Assembly (NCBI GenBank): GCA_947474445.1
Contig: CANJJY010000001.1
Span: forward strand, 1-35,423
Source: Oligoflexaceae bacterium
GTDB taxonomy: Bacteria > Bdellovibrionota_B > Oligoflexia > Oligoflexales > Oligoflexaceae
Reading direction: 5' to 3'
DNA: 35,423 nt
The notes below the pieces were generated by a model. The model did not search any database. It worked only from the letters and a program-made list of their open reading frames with translations, and was not told the origin of the DNA. A program made the position numbers and the translations under genes. Each line of letters begins with the position of its first letter. Positions within the stretch are counted from its first letter, which is position 1. This document shows positions 1 through 9,558 of the stretch, piece by piece.

Positions 1-1
1 A

Positions 2-766
2 GCCAAGTGGGTCCAGGAGCAATTAACCGCCTTCGGCGTTCATCTGACGACTCTGAATCGCAGCGAGGATTTTCTGGGCGCCCTGAAGGGTGTCAGTGAT
101 CCCGAGCAAAAGCGCAAGATCATTGGCAGGAAGTTCATCGAGGCATTTGAGCAGTTTGCCCATGAGCAGAAGGGCTTTACCCATTTAGGTCAGGGCACAC
201 TCTATCCCGACGTCATCGAATCGGCGGGACACGGCGCTGGCGCTAAGGTGATCAAGAGCCACCACAATGTTGGTGGATTGCCTGAAAAGCTGAAGCTCGA
301 ACTGTGCGAGCCCTTCCGTTATCTTTTTAAAGACGAAGTCCGCATCATCGGTCGCCAGCTGAAGATTCCCGATCATCTCGTCGATCGGCATCCTTTCCCT
401 GGCCCCGGCCTTGCCGTAAGGATCTTAGGTGCCATCGATGCCGAAAAGATTCGTGTGCTGCAGGAAGCCGATGCCATTTTCATCCGCCGGTTGCGCGAAG
501 AAAATCTTTATTCTGAAGTCTGGCAGGCCTTTGCTGTTCTGCTGCCAGTCAAATCGGTCGGCGTCATGGGCGACAACCGTACCTATCAAGATGTCTGTGC
601 GCTCCGCGCTGTGACGGCTTCGGACGGTATGACCGCCGGTGTCGGTGATTTGCCGATTAGTTTTCTGGTGAATGTCGGTGATGAGATTGTGCGGAAGGTC
701 CATGGCATTAATCGTGTTGTCTATGATGTGACGACTAAGCCACCGGCTACGATTGAGTGGGAATAA
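2..766 (+). CDS. guaA: GMP synthase (glutamine-hydrolysing), 3' part; 5'-truncated by window edge
   Basis: Frame is open from position 2: [55 protein letters not shown], terminal KPPATIEWE*. Confidence 0.98.
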   Translation, partial: AKWVQEQLTAFGVHLTTLNRSEDFLGALKGVSDPEQKRKIIGRKFIEAFEQFAHEQKGFTHLGQGTLYPDVIESAGHGAGAKVIKSHHNVGGLPEKLKLELCEPFRYLFKDEVRIIGRQLKIPDHLVDRHPFPGPGLAVRILGAIDAEKIRVLQEADAIFIRRLREENLYSEVWQAFAVLLPVKSVGVMGDNRTYQDVCALRAVTASDGMTAGVGDLPISFLVNVGDEIVRKVHGINRVVYDVTTKPPATIEWE

Positions 767-773
767 TGAAGAT

Positions 774-798
774 AAGGGGAAGCGGTGGGCTTCCCCTT
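774..798. terminator. Probable bidirectional intrinsic terminator between convergent guaA and TonB receptor
   Basis: Perfect 10-bp stem AAGGGGAAGC / GCTTCCCCTT with 5-nt loop GGTGG, lying between the two stop codons. Confidence 0.75.
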
Positions 799-802
799 CT
801 AT

Positions 803-3505
803 TTAGATCTTAAATCCGTATCTTGCGTAGTAGAAGCGGCCAATCAAGTTATGCGTTCGCGCATCAATGTTATCGTTTCCAGCTGCATCCGTCCGAGGAG
901 GCTTTGCATCTGCGATGTTATTTATGCCAAGTGTCACGTCCCCGTAATCGGCAAAACTATAACCTACCCTTAAGTCATAAGTGGTCCAAGCAGGGATTTT
1001 TGGAATATCCGCACCCTCGGCATTCAACTTACTCACGTAATTTGCGCTAATCCCGGCAGTAATCGCATTATCTCGCCAGTCGACACCGCCTACACCCTTC
1101 CATTTAGGAATTGACCCACGTCCTCCGCTTGCTGCATCTGAATAGACACCTACGACATTGACAAATGGAGCAGTTGCATCAGCTTGATTAAGGTATTCGA
1201 TGTAATGAGACCCCAAAATACTGAAGGTGTAACGGCCAGCGCCAGTAGTGACTAAGGTATAATCTGTCCCCAAATCAACGCCCCGAACCTTTCGTGCAGA
1301 CAAATTAAGCGCAATGGCTTCTAGTCGCTTGATATTATTCGAAGCATCTAGCTCGACCTTATCCGTAAACTTTCCACTGGTTCGAAATTGATCCAAAATA
1401 AATTGGCCGTTAGTATCAATCGCATTTTCAGTCTTGATTTCGAAATAATCAGCTTTAGCATTGAAGATATTTGCGAAGGAATAAGCTAATCCAAAGGTAA
1501 AGGCCTTCGATTTTTCTGGTTTAAGATTTGGATTGCCACCCTGCAAGACAAGAAATTGTTTTACACTTTTGTCAGCCTGCACCCCATTGCAGTATCCCGG
1601 CAAATCATTCGCCTGACATGGATCCTTAAGTTGGGCAAAGTTCTCTTGCTGTCCACGATAGAGTTCGACCAGACTAGGCGCGCGAAATCCAGTCGAATAT
1701 GTTCCGCGAACAATCAAACCTTCGACTGGATATATTTTCAAGCCAAACTTCGGATTGGTCGTTGAACCAAAATCAGAGTAATCGCTGTACCGTCCAGCGA
1801 GTTCAAGTTCCGCGAGTTTTGTGAGTGGAACAGAAAGTTCAACGTAGGCCTCTTTCACATCGCGATCACCCTTGGTCGACTTCCCGTTTGTACTCCCGAC
1901 GGTATTATATTTTTCTGAGTTGCTATCAGCTTTAAAATCAAACTTTTCGCCTCGTACTTCGACACCGGCGGCCAGCGCAATCATACCAAGAGGAGTTTGC
2001 ACTAAATCTCCCGAGGCATTGAATACGAGAGATTCTACGTCCGCAGCCGTTTGATCGCGAGCAGTCAATCTCAACCAATCAGCTTGAGCCGAATCGATAC
2101 TGCCGGCGGGACCGAGTAAATTGATGGGCACGCAACCGAGAGCCGCGAGCTTGGTACATGCCGCAGGATCACCTAGACCTATCATCAAATTAGTTTTATT
2201 GACAATATTCTCGGTCTGAGATTGAACGCGAGATAAACCGCGGTTATATGCGAAATCCCAAGACCAGGTATTATCGAGTTTTCCTTCAAAGCCTGCAACG
2301 ATACGACTCGTTAAAGATTCCGAAGACGAAACGCGGGGGCCAAGTTCCAGTAATCGCTTTCTAACTTTAGTAAGTTCCACACCAAACGAATTATATGGAT
2401 TATTGGGGGAAATGGTTATGTTGCCCGTCTCTTGAGATATAGATACCGGAGTGGGTGCCGCGTTATATTCACTTTCGGTGCGGGCTACAGTCGCTTCAAA
2501 AAAAGTTTTCAGATCCGGCTTCAGTTCGTAGCTGCCACTGAGAAAAATGCTATTGCGATCTTGGGCCATTACAGCATCTGTGATCTGAGAGAAGTTAAAA
2601 GTGTCACCATCTTCTACAGGGCGATAATCGCTTGGACTGGGTTTGGTTCCTGTAAAATCATCTTTGACGATTAACGGATCTTGTCCATCGATACTCACTT
2701 TTGCTTGAGGAGTCGTCGGACTAGGACTCAAGATATTCCTAGAAACATCGCGATCTCGAGATGCGATCTTACCTTGAGAATAATGGCTAAACCCGAACAT
2801 GAGACTCGCGCGATCTGAAACAGATCCAAACGTTACATCAAGTCCCTTGGTCTCGAGATCACCACGCGAAGCCTGGCCATAATACGTTTCTACTCCGAGA
2901 CCTTCGTATTCTTTGCGCGTGATAATGTTAATGACTCCGGCAATAGCATCGGAACCATAAATAGCAGAAGCACCATCCTGAAGTACTTCAACTCGCTCGA
3001 TTGCAGCGACGGGAATCGAGTTGAGGTCAGGGCTCGAACCAGCAGCATCGACAGGTAGCCGCCGGCCGTTAAGAAGGACGAGCGTTGAACTTGAGTCAAG
3101 TCCCCGCAAAGCAATATTTCCGCTACCACCACCACCGCCATTGGTCGTCGAAGTCGTTGTTGAATTACCGATGGCTGCCGGCAAATCTTTAACGATATCG
3201 GTGACAGTCTGTGCACCGGTGTTAGCGATTTCTTCACGACCAATGATGGTTAAGGGGGAAGATCCGGTCATGTCCTGACGTTTGATCCGTGACCCAGTGA
3301 CTGAAATCTTTTCAACCTTGTCTTTATCTTTAGTTTGATTCTTCGCTGCTGGAGCTTTCGGAGCAGGAGACGGAGGCGGTGTTGCTGGCGCTTCGGGCGC
3401 TGCGCTTGGAGCCGCAGGTGCGGCCGGTTCCTGTGCATAGACGGCGGAAGTAAGAGCGAGAAGCCCGACCACCGTCATATTTCTACCTGATATGAATCTT
3501 TTCAT
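803..3505 (-). CDS. TonB-dependent outer-membrane receptor, 900 aa (large type with Cys-paired loops), substrate unknown
   Basis: Signal peptide (..SAVYA-Q), Pro/Ala linker, TonB-box-like EKISVTGSRI, plug motifs LRGLDSSSTLVLLNGRR and IERVEVLQDGASAIYGSDAIAGVINIIT, barrel motifs GFRAPSL and NPNLKPEKS, aromatic C-terminal strand GRFYYARYGFKI. Confidence 0.95.
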   Translation of the reverse strand: MKRFISGRNMTVVGLLALTSAVYAQEPAAPAAPSAAPEAPATPPPSPAPKAPAAKNQTKDKDKVEKISVTGSRIKRQDMTGSSPLTIIGREEIANTGAQTVTDIVKDLPAAIGNSTTTSTTNGGGGGSGNIALRGLDSSSTLVLLNGRRLPVDAAGSSPDLNSIPVAAIERVEVLQDGASAIYGSDAIAGVINIITRKEYEGLGVETYYGQASRGDLETKGLDVTFGSVSDRASLMFGFSHYSQGKIASRDRDVSRNILSPSPTTPQAKVSIDGQDPLIVKDDFTGTKPSPSDYRPVEDGDTFNFSQITDAVMAQDRNSIFLSGSYELKPDLKTFFEATVARTESEYNAAPTPVSISQETGNITISPNNPYNSFGVELTKVRKRLLELGPRVSSSESLTSRIVAGFEGKLDNTWSWDFAYNRGLSRVQSQTENIVNKTNLMIGLGDPAACTKLAALGCVPINLLGPAGSIDSAQADWLRLTARDQTAADVESLVFNASGDLVQTPLGMIALAAGVEVRGEKFDFKADSNSEKYNTVGSTNGKSTKGDRDVKEAYVELSVPLTKLAELELAGRYSDYSDFGSTTNPKFGLKIYPVEGLIVRGTYSTGFRAPSLVELYRGQQENFAQLKDPCQANDLPGYCNGVQADKSVKQFLVLQGGNPNLKPEKSKAFTFGLAYSFANIFNAKADYFEIKTENAIDTNGQFILDQFRTSGKFTDKVELDASNNIKRLEAIALNLSARKVRGVDLGTDYTLVTTGAGRYTFSILGSHYIEYLNQADATAPFVNVVGVYSDAASGGRGSIPKWKGVGGVDWRDNAITAGISANYVSKLNAEGADIPKIPAWTTYDLRVGYSFADYGDVTLGINNIADAKPPRTDAAGNDNIDARTHNLIGRFYYARYGFKI

Positions 3506-3551
3506 AAGAGTCCCTCTCTTGAATCATTCGACCGAACGATTGGATGGGAGA

Positions 3552-3580
3552 AACCTATGTCAATCCTAAGACCTTGGCAA
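3552..3580 (-). promoter_or_regulatory. Candidate sigma70 promoter for the 900-aa TonB receptor
   Basis: Minus strand TTGCCA (3580-3575), 17-nt spacer, TAGGTT (3557-3552); SD-like GAGAGGGA before ATG 3505. Confidence 0.45.
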
Positions 3581-3631
3581 GATGAACCCGCGTAGCTCCA
3601 ATCGAGGTGGCAGGTTTTCCGTGCTCTTCCC

Positions 3632-5800
3632 TCAAAAGCGCGCCTTCACGCCGCCGACAAAGGATCGAGGCTTGCCCGGTCGCGCACCAAAGGGTCGGAA
3701 AGAAACCAAGTTTTTTACGTCGGTGAGGTTGTCGACATTCGCATAAAGTTCGGTTTGTTCTGTGACAAAGTAGCTGCCAGCACCGTCAAAGATGAGAGAA
3801 GACGGCAACTCTTCCCGCCCCACGGGGATCGCCTGATCATAGGAGACAGCTTGGTACTTGCCAGCCAAACTAACTTGTACTGCGGACCACTGAACACCAA
3901 GCTGCCCATTCAATTGGTGCCTTGGCACATAAGGCAAAGGGTCACCCCTGTGTATACGGCCAATCCCCCAATCGACGAGAGCCGAATCAAAATCTCCAGC
4001 GAAATTGGCCCTCGTATAGGTGTATTGAACTGAGAAAGGAAACCGGAGCGCCTCGGCTTGAAAGGCGCCCGAACCACCTAATTCGAGTCCATAGATCCGC
4101 GCTCGTCCTCCATCAAAGCTGCGATCGCTCGCGTTCGAACCGCAACCCTCGGCAGCGCTACAGGTTCCTTTGAGATTGCTGTAGTTGTTGTAAAAGCCGA
4201 TGGCATCAAACTGAGCTCCCTTGTCGAGCCAACGAACACCGCTTTCGTAGTTAATACTCTCTTCAGGCTTTCCACTTCCGGCATCATCGGCATCGGCAAG
4301 ACCCATACCTCGATAGACACCGAGCAGCCATCCCCAATGAGAGTCGAGCTGCCGGAACAGACCTAAACCTGGCATTGTAGCTGATCGTTTCACATTGCCG
4401 TCACTATCTGTGGCGGAAAAATCGTCCTTCTCGATGGTGACGAATTCCTGTCTGAGGCCGCCGCTGAACTTCCAGGCATCGAGCGAGTAGGTATCCCAGA
4501 GATAAGCGGCAAAAGACTGCGAAGATATTTCATCCTGAGCACCGAGCATAGACGCAGAACCACTTTCCTCCAAATGCCCGTCGATCATATTAAAGCGGTC
4601 GGTCGTATGATCATGACGAATGCTATCGCGATGCAAGCGCAATCCAACTTCAACTTGATTCTGGCGTCCTTCACTCAGCTCCGAGTCCATCGACGCGTCC
4701 CAGGCGATGCCTTCACTGCGATAGATGCGATGATTGTTGGCCACAACGATTTGGTCATCCACACCGAGGCTATCGTCCACCCCACGCATCACATTATAGG
4801 CATGTTGATAGCGACCAGCGGGATTCAAAAGGATGGTGCGCGCCGATGTAGTCGGATCTGATATTCCATCAAATCGGGCCCAGCGCCGGTCGAATCGATT
4901 CTGATAGAGGGCCACGCGGCTTTTCATTCCCATCCCTGCCCAATTGTGCTCGAGCATTAGAGTGGAATGGCCGTTTTTCATATGATCTCGCTCCGATGCG
5001 GTATAGCGCTGATAGGGATCCTGATCAAAGTCAGATCGGGTCAAACCGAGATAAGTTTCATCGGAATCTTCATCCGACCAGGTCGACTTAAGCCCTAAGG
5101 TTTGGTTAGGTGTGAGGTCATAGCTGAGCTTTCCCATGAGGTCGCGCTTTTTAAAACCCGTGTCACCGCCGTTCCGCAGGGTCTTAAAGCCATCGCTTTC
5201 CATCTGATTCATCAGAAGCAATCCGCCCCAATCTCCCGAGCGTCCTCCGATACTTCCTTGAGCTTTCTCAAATTGATAGCTACCCGCAGCAAAATCGAGT
5301 CGTGCTTCTAAGTCCGTTTCCGGTATTTTGCGACTCCAAAAATTGATGGCACCACCTATCGTTTGCGGGCCAAAGCGGATGGCTGATGAACCTTTTGTCA
5401 CTTCGATGCCTTCAATCAAGGCCAAAGAAGGAACGTAGTAAGCAGCCGGGGCCGCATAAGGCGCCGGACTCGAAGGAATGCCGTCTTCCATCAGGAGAAT
5501 TTTGCGGCTGCGGTGGGGATCCACCCCCCGCATTCCAATGTTCGGCCGCAGACCAAAACCTTCTTCTTCTTGAATCTGGACCCCAGGAACTGACTTGAGA
5601 ACGCGGTTCAGATCTGTGTATTTAAAAGTCTCGAGTTGCTCGGATCCAATGATCGTCGTCGAACCGGGATCAGAAAAATGTTGCCCCCGTACCACCATGG
5701 TTTCATGGCTTTTCTTGTCTTCTTCTGGACTTTGACCGTAGGCGAGGGGAGCGAGGCAGCAGCCTAAACTGAGCCATAAACCTATTGAATGAGGGGTCAC
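3632..5800 (-). CDS. FecA-family TonB-dependent receptor (iron-complex uptake)
   Basis: Signal peptide; plug VPGVQIQEEEGFGLRPNIGMRG, LLMEDGIP, PAPYAAPAAYY, IEVTKGSSAIRFGPQTIGGAINF; C-terminal RPGKPRSFVGGVKARF. GTG start overlaps the upstream TGA stop (GTGA). Confidence 0.93.
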   Translation of the reverse strand: MTPHSIGLWLSLGCCLAPLAYGQSPEEDKKSHETMVVRGQHFSDPGSTTIIGSEQLETFKYTDLNRVLKSVPGVQIQEEEGFGLRPNIGMRGVDPHRSRKILLMEDGIPSSPAPYAAPAAYYVPSLALIEGIEVTKGSSAIRFGPQTIGGAINFWSRKIPETDLEARLDFAAGSYQFEKAQGSIGGRSGDWGGLLLMNQMESDGFKTLRNGGDTGFKKRDLMGKLSYDLTPNQTLGLKSTWSDEDSDETYLGLTRSDFDQDPYQRYTASERDHMKNGHSTLMLEHNWAGMGMKSRVALYQNRFDRRWARFDGISDPTTSARTILLNPAGRYQHAYNVMRGVDDSLGVDDQIVVANNHRIYRSEGIAWDASMDSELSEGRQNQVEVGLRLHRDSIRHDHTTDRFNMIDGHLEESGSASMLGAQDEISSQSFAAYLWDTYSLDAWKFSGGLRQEFVTIEKDDFSATDSDGNVKRSATMPGLGLFRQLDSHWGWLLGVYRGMGLADADDAGSGKPEESINYESGVRWLDKGAQFDAIGFYNNYSNLKGTCSAAEGCGSNASDRSFDGGRARIYGLELGGSGAFQAEALRFPFSVQYTYTRANFAGDFDSALVDWGIGRIHRGDPLPYVPRHQLNGQLGVQWSAVQVSLAGKYQAVSYDQAIPVGREELPSSLIFDGAGSYFVTEQTELYANVDNLTDVKNLVSFRPFGARPGKPRSFVGGVKARF

Positions 5801-6783
5801 TTGCCATGTTCCTTCGTATCGAGAGTTGCCAGGTGGCCTTGCGGAATCGCATTCCGAAAGCGCGAAAAAAGCTGGCGGAAAGCGTGGGTATAGAGCGGAA
5901 GTAAAGGCTGTTCAGGCCGCGAGAGGGGAGATTGATCGAGGCCAAATACAAGGGGTTTTTGGACCTGCCTAGGGTCAAAAAAACTCCCACCCAGTCGGTC
6001 CCAGAGAGCCAGGCACACACCAAAATTCTTATCGTAATGCGCCGGATCTTGACTGTGATGGATTTGATGGGCCGCCGGGCTGATGACGATACCTTCCAGG
6101 GGACCGAAATGCAAAAAGACATGGGAATGCCTCAGATTGGCTCCTAAAAAGTTGAAGAGAAGTCCAAAAATCTGCATCCCGAGAAGATCGCCATAATCGA
6201 GAGATGGCCCGAAAAGATAAAAAAAGAGCCCACCGACCGAACCGTACGTGATGACGTCGCGGATTTGCGAGCAGATAATCTCGATCGGATGAGTGCGCAT
6301 GAGAGTCAGGGGAGTCAGCACGAGGGCGCTATGGTGCGTTTCATGAAAAACCCACAGCCACGAGCAGCTATGCTGAAGTCTATGCAGGTAGTAGCGCGCA
6401 TAGTCATCAGCCAGAAAAATGACGAGGGCATAGAAGAACATCACCTTTCCCGTGGCGAGGGAGAGGTCAGGTTTTGCACCGACGATTTTAGTGAGAGCGA
6501 GCGACAGCAAAGCGGCCAAAGCCGTAGATCCGGCCAGAGAGCCGGACAGGAACAACGTCCTGACGAACGCATTGATTGCGACGATTTTCATGTCGGCGCG
6601 CGAAGAGGGATGCCACCAGATGCGTGGACTCAAAAAGGTCTTAATGTGCGCCTTCCACTGGCTTCCCGAAAGGAGGACGATCAGAAAAAAAGAACCCAGA
6701 AGATTACCCCAAAAAAGCCGCTTCTGCGGTTCTAGTAGAACCGACAAGGGCTTGAGTAGTGTGGTAATCGAGATCTGATCCAT
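5797..6783 (-). CDS. Sterol desaturase / fatty acid hydroxylase superfamily integral membrane di-metal protein
   Basis: His boxes HRLQH, HETHH, RHSH, HQIHH; NFGVCLALWDRLGGS motif; several hydrophobic segments. Confidence 0.92.
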   Translation of the reverse strand: MDQISITTLLKPLSVLLEPQKRLFWGNLLGSFFLIVLLSGSQWKAHIKTFLSPRIWWHPSSRADMKIVAINAFVRTLFLSGSLAGSTALAALLSLALTKIVGAKPDLSLATGKVMFFYALVIFLADDYARYYLHRLQHSCSWLWVFHETHHSALVLTPLTLMRTHPIEIICSQIRDVITYGSVGGLFFYLFGPSLDYGDLLGMQIFGLLFNFLGANLRHSHVFLHFGPLEGIVISPAAHQIHHSQDPAHYDKNFGVCLALWDRLGGSFFDPRQVQKPLVFGLDQSPLSRPEQPLLPLYTHAFRQLFSRFRNAIPQGHLATLDTKEHGK

Positions 6784-6796
6784 GTCTACGTATCTT

Positions 6797-8161
6797 TCAA
6801 AGCGAATTCAGGAAAGCCTGAAAATCGTTCCTGTCAGCGCTCGATAGAGAGCTGTAATAGTTGCGACTCGCCTGAGCTTCGCCGCCATGCCAGAGAATAG
6901 CTTCTTCTGGACTGCGGGCTCGACCATCGTGAAGGAAAAAACGATGACGATTCACCGTCTCGTTAAGTCCTAAACCCCAAAGCGGTGGGGTTCTCCATTC
7001 GACGCCGGTGGCAAGCCCATCAGGTCTGTGGTCCGCAAGCTCAGGCCCCATATCGTGAAGCAAAAGATCGGAATACGGCCAAATCTTTTGATTGGCGAGC
7101 AAAGGATGCGCGGTTTCGCTCCCAGTCTTCATCGACATGCGATGACAACCATCGCAGCGAGCTTCCACAAAGAGTCGGCGGCCTCGTTGAACAGCAGGAT
7201 CGTCACTCGAGCGTCGGGCAGGGACTGATAAAAATCGGGCGTAATGCACGACAAGGTCGAGTTGCTTTTCGTCAACTTCTGGCTGTCCTCCCTGGGGTGC
7301 TTGCTGACAGGCACTCTGTCCGTCCGAACAGTTTTCTATTGGAAATAGATGTGTTGTTAAACCCATGTCACCCAGAAAGGCTCCAGCGGACTGCTGCTTA
7401 AGATTGGGCTGATTCGCCTTCCAACCAAATCGGCCGATAGCAAGTTGTCCAGTGGCCCGATCCATGACGAAATTGGCCCGACCAGAAATCCCATCGCCAT
7501 CTTTGTCGTCAGGATCTTCCATTTCTAGGAGGGTCGATGGATCGACGGCTTCAAGCAGCCCAAGGCCGATCATCGGCGGGGCTAAGCGAGGCGACACCTG
7601 GAGATCGTCGGGCAATGGCCCATAGCCCAGCTGCTGAAGATGAACGATAGGCCGGCGCAGTTTCACCGGACTGCCATCTCCGAGCGTCACGTTTTGATCT
7701 TGCCATTCTACGATTATGGAAGCTTCCGGAGGAACGCCGGGAATAGCCTGATTTTGGAGTTGATCTCCGTAGGGATGTCCCGCACTCGAACTGATGCGAA
7801 AGAGCAGCCCCTGATTGGCTTCTTGACCATTTTCGGGTGGAGCGCCCCTTCCATCTTCAACGTGACACGACGCACAGGCCTTGGCGTTAAACAGAGGACC
7901 CAGTCCATCGCGTCCGGCTGCTGAGGCGGGAGCTATGACCCAATTGCTGGTAAAAAGAGAATTTCCTGAAGAAAATCGCAATCGATCGATTCCTGCAAGG
8001 CCGGGGAAAGGGGCCGCAAAAGCGTCCGGACCTTCCGTAAAAACGGTTCCCTCGCCACCGAGACGGATATCTTCGGCCACGCCTTCGGCATGCAGGAAAG
8101 AGACGCCCAGTATAAAGCTACTCACACCCAAACTAGCAAGAATAGAAAGCCGACGGGACAT
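6797..8161 (-). CDS. Di-haem oxidoreductase (DHOR) family exported c-type cytochrome
   Basis: Two CxxCH motifs (CASCH, CDGCH), GLGPLFN, DPDDKDGDGISGR, GRFGWKA, YSDLLLHDMG, EWRTPPLWGLG, LHDGRAR..EEAILWHGGEA; signal peptide. ATG 8161 (GGAG upstream) preferred over GTG 8173. Confidence 0.94.
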   Translation of the reverse strand: MSRRLSILASLGVSSFILGVSFLHAEGVAEDIRLGGEGTVFTEGPDAFAAPFPGLAGIDRLRFSSGNSLFTSNWVIAPASAAGRDGLGPLFNAKACASCHVEDGRGAPPENGQEANQGLLFRISSSAGHPYGDQLQNQAIPGVPPEASIIVEWQDQNVTLGDGSPVKLRRPIVHLQQLGYGPLPDDLQVSPRLAPPMIGLGLLEAVDPSTLLEMEDPDDKDGDGISGRANFVMDRATGQLAIGRFGWKANQPNLKQQSAGAFLGDMGLTTHLFPIENCSDGQSACQQAPQGGQPEVDEKQLDLVVHYARFLSVPARRSSDDPAVQRGRRLFVEARCDGCHRMSMKTGSETAHPLLANQKIWPYSDLLLHDMGPELADHRPDGLATGVEWRTPPLWGLGLNETVNRHRFFLHDGRARSPEEAILWHGGEAQASRNYYSSLSSADRNDFQAFLNSL

Positions 8162-8190
8162 GATCAACTCCACAAACAGTAAGCAAAAAT

Positions 8191-9321
8191 TTAGGGTTTT
8201 TCAGGCAACTGGAGATCGAGTCCTTTGGCAGCATCTTTAAGACTGTTACCAGCATCCTGAACGCTAAAAACAGCTTCGAGAAAGAGTTTTCTATCATCGC
8301 TGCCTTCCGGCGCAAGAATGAGCTGATCGAAGGGTCCCGGCAGATCCTTGAGAGCGCTCCATGCTCCCTGCAGTTCAGCGTTGATACGCTTAGCCTGTGC
8401 AGCTGTCAAAAGGGTGTCCAGACCGGGTCCATCGACGCCACCATAGTTCCCATTAAACACATTGATAACGCCTTGCACATCAGCCACCAGATCGGCGGCC
8501 GTATTGTCACTGAAACACGACTGCTCGTCTTCCTGGCTTTGGCTATCGTAGGCGGTATACATGCGTTCCCCGGCGACTTCGTCGACCATCAGGAAACTGA
8601 TGCCTTTAAAGATTTTAGTCAGGGCCACGGCTGCATCTTCTTGGCGAAAACGGGCGCTATAATTATCTTTGCCCTGAGGATCCCAGGCCTTGACCAAAAT
8701 CTGCATCTGATCGACGAGAAGCTGTGCAGCCGATTGAAGATAGGCGCGGCGGCGCGCTACCGAATCTAGATTCTGATTAGCATAGTCGCTAAAGGGACGC
8801 GCGCCCGGCCCGGTCGTGCTCAGGTCTTGGCCCCAAAGCAAAAATTCAAGGGCGTGATAACCTGTTGCCACATTGGTATCACCTCCGACTTCGTGCAGCG
8901 ACTGTAAGGTTCCGGCATCAATCTTAGCGTACTTGTCCTTTTGATTGATGATGCCTGACTGGGGTGCTCCCGATACATAGTCGATATAGGATTCATCGAC
9001 CGGCCAAGAATTAATAAAACCTTCAACGCCGTAGCTGCCGTCAATGGGACCATCGTAAAAGCGAAAAGCCTCCGTCAGACTGTATTGAATGTGGGCCGCG
9101 GTCCACGCGAGGCGTGCCGCCTGCAAAGTTGCGTCAGAAGGTTTGGCCAAAAAAGTTGAAATAGCTACATTTAATCCCTGAGTCTCTCTTAAAGTATCTT
9201 CGTAGGTCCTATGGACAAGATCAGCATAGTTTTGAATGACGGCGCGACTCATCTCTGGAGAGGGAGCTGCCAGAGCTAAGGTTGAGAGGGAACAGCTGAA
9301 AACCAAACTGCGCAAAAACAT
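8191..9321 (-). CDS. Imelysin-family (peptidase M75; IrpA/LruB/IcmP-like) iron-regulated exported protein
   Basis: TEAFRFYDGPID, INSWPVDESYIDY, NVATGYHALEFLLWGQD (GxHxxE), EDEQSCFSDNT; signal peptide; GAGGAG SD. Confidence 0.93.
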   Translation of the reverse strand: MFLRSLVFSCSLSTLALAAPSPEMSRAVIQNYADLVHRTYEDTLRETQGLNVAISTFLAKPSDATLQAARLAWTAAHIQYSLTEAFRFYDGPIDGSYGVEGFINSWPVDESYIDYVSGAPQSGIINQKDKYAKIDAGTLQSLHEVGGDTNVATGYHALEFLLWGQDLSTTGPGARPFSDYANQNLDSVARRRAYLQSAAQLLVDQMQILVKAWDPQGKDNYSARFRQEDAAVALTKIFKGISFLMVDEVAGERMYTAYDSQSQEDEQSCFSDNTAADLVADVQGVINVFNGNYGGVDGPGLDTLLTAAQAKRINAELQGAWSALKDLPGPFDQLILAPEGSDDRKLFLEAVFSVQDAGNSLKDAAKGLDLQLPEKP

Positions 9322-9403
9322 CTTAAACTCCTCGCGTGATAGAGGTATAGAGACCGCAAATAAAGCGACGGCTGGTCAAAGAAAACAAGACATCAGCAAT
9401 ATC

Positions 9404-9422
9404 GATATTCATTCTCATTTTC
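9404..9422 (-). promoter_or_regulatory. Fur-box-like operator overlapping a candidate promoter of the imelysin operon
   Basis: Minus strand GAAAATGAGAATGAATATC matches GATAATGATAATCATTATC at 15/19 positions; overlaps a TTGAAA -35-like hexamer (9424-9419); about 80 nt upstream of the imelysin ATG. Confidence 0.7.
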
Positions 9423-9558
9423 AAGAATAGATTTTTTAAAATTAATGATTACAGCCTGTTGCTTCAGAAATGACGCCTCTCCCCCTCGGTTTAGATATGT
9501 CTTTTCGACCTCAAAAGCACGAGGCTCCCTGTCATCCACAGACTTAAGAGTTGGACCC

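Noticed and set aside
740-810. guaA 3' end as a genomic-island integration site
   Set aside because: It is a known hotspot, but there is no integrase, I noticed no duplicated guaA 3' end in the window, and the downstream genes are not mobile-element-like.
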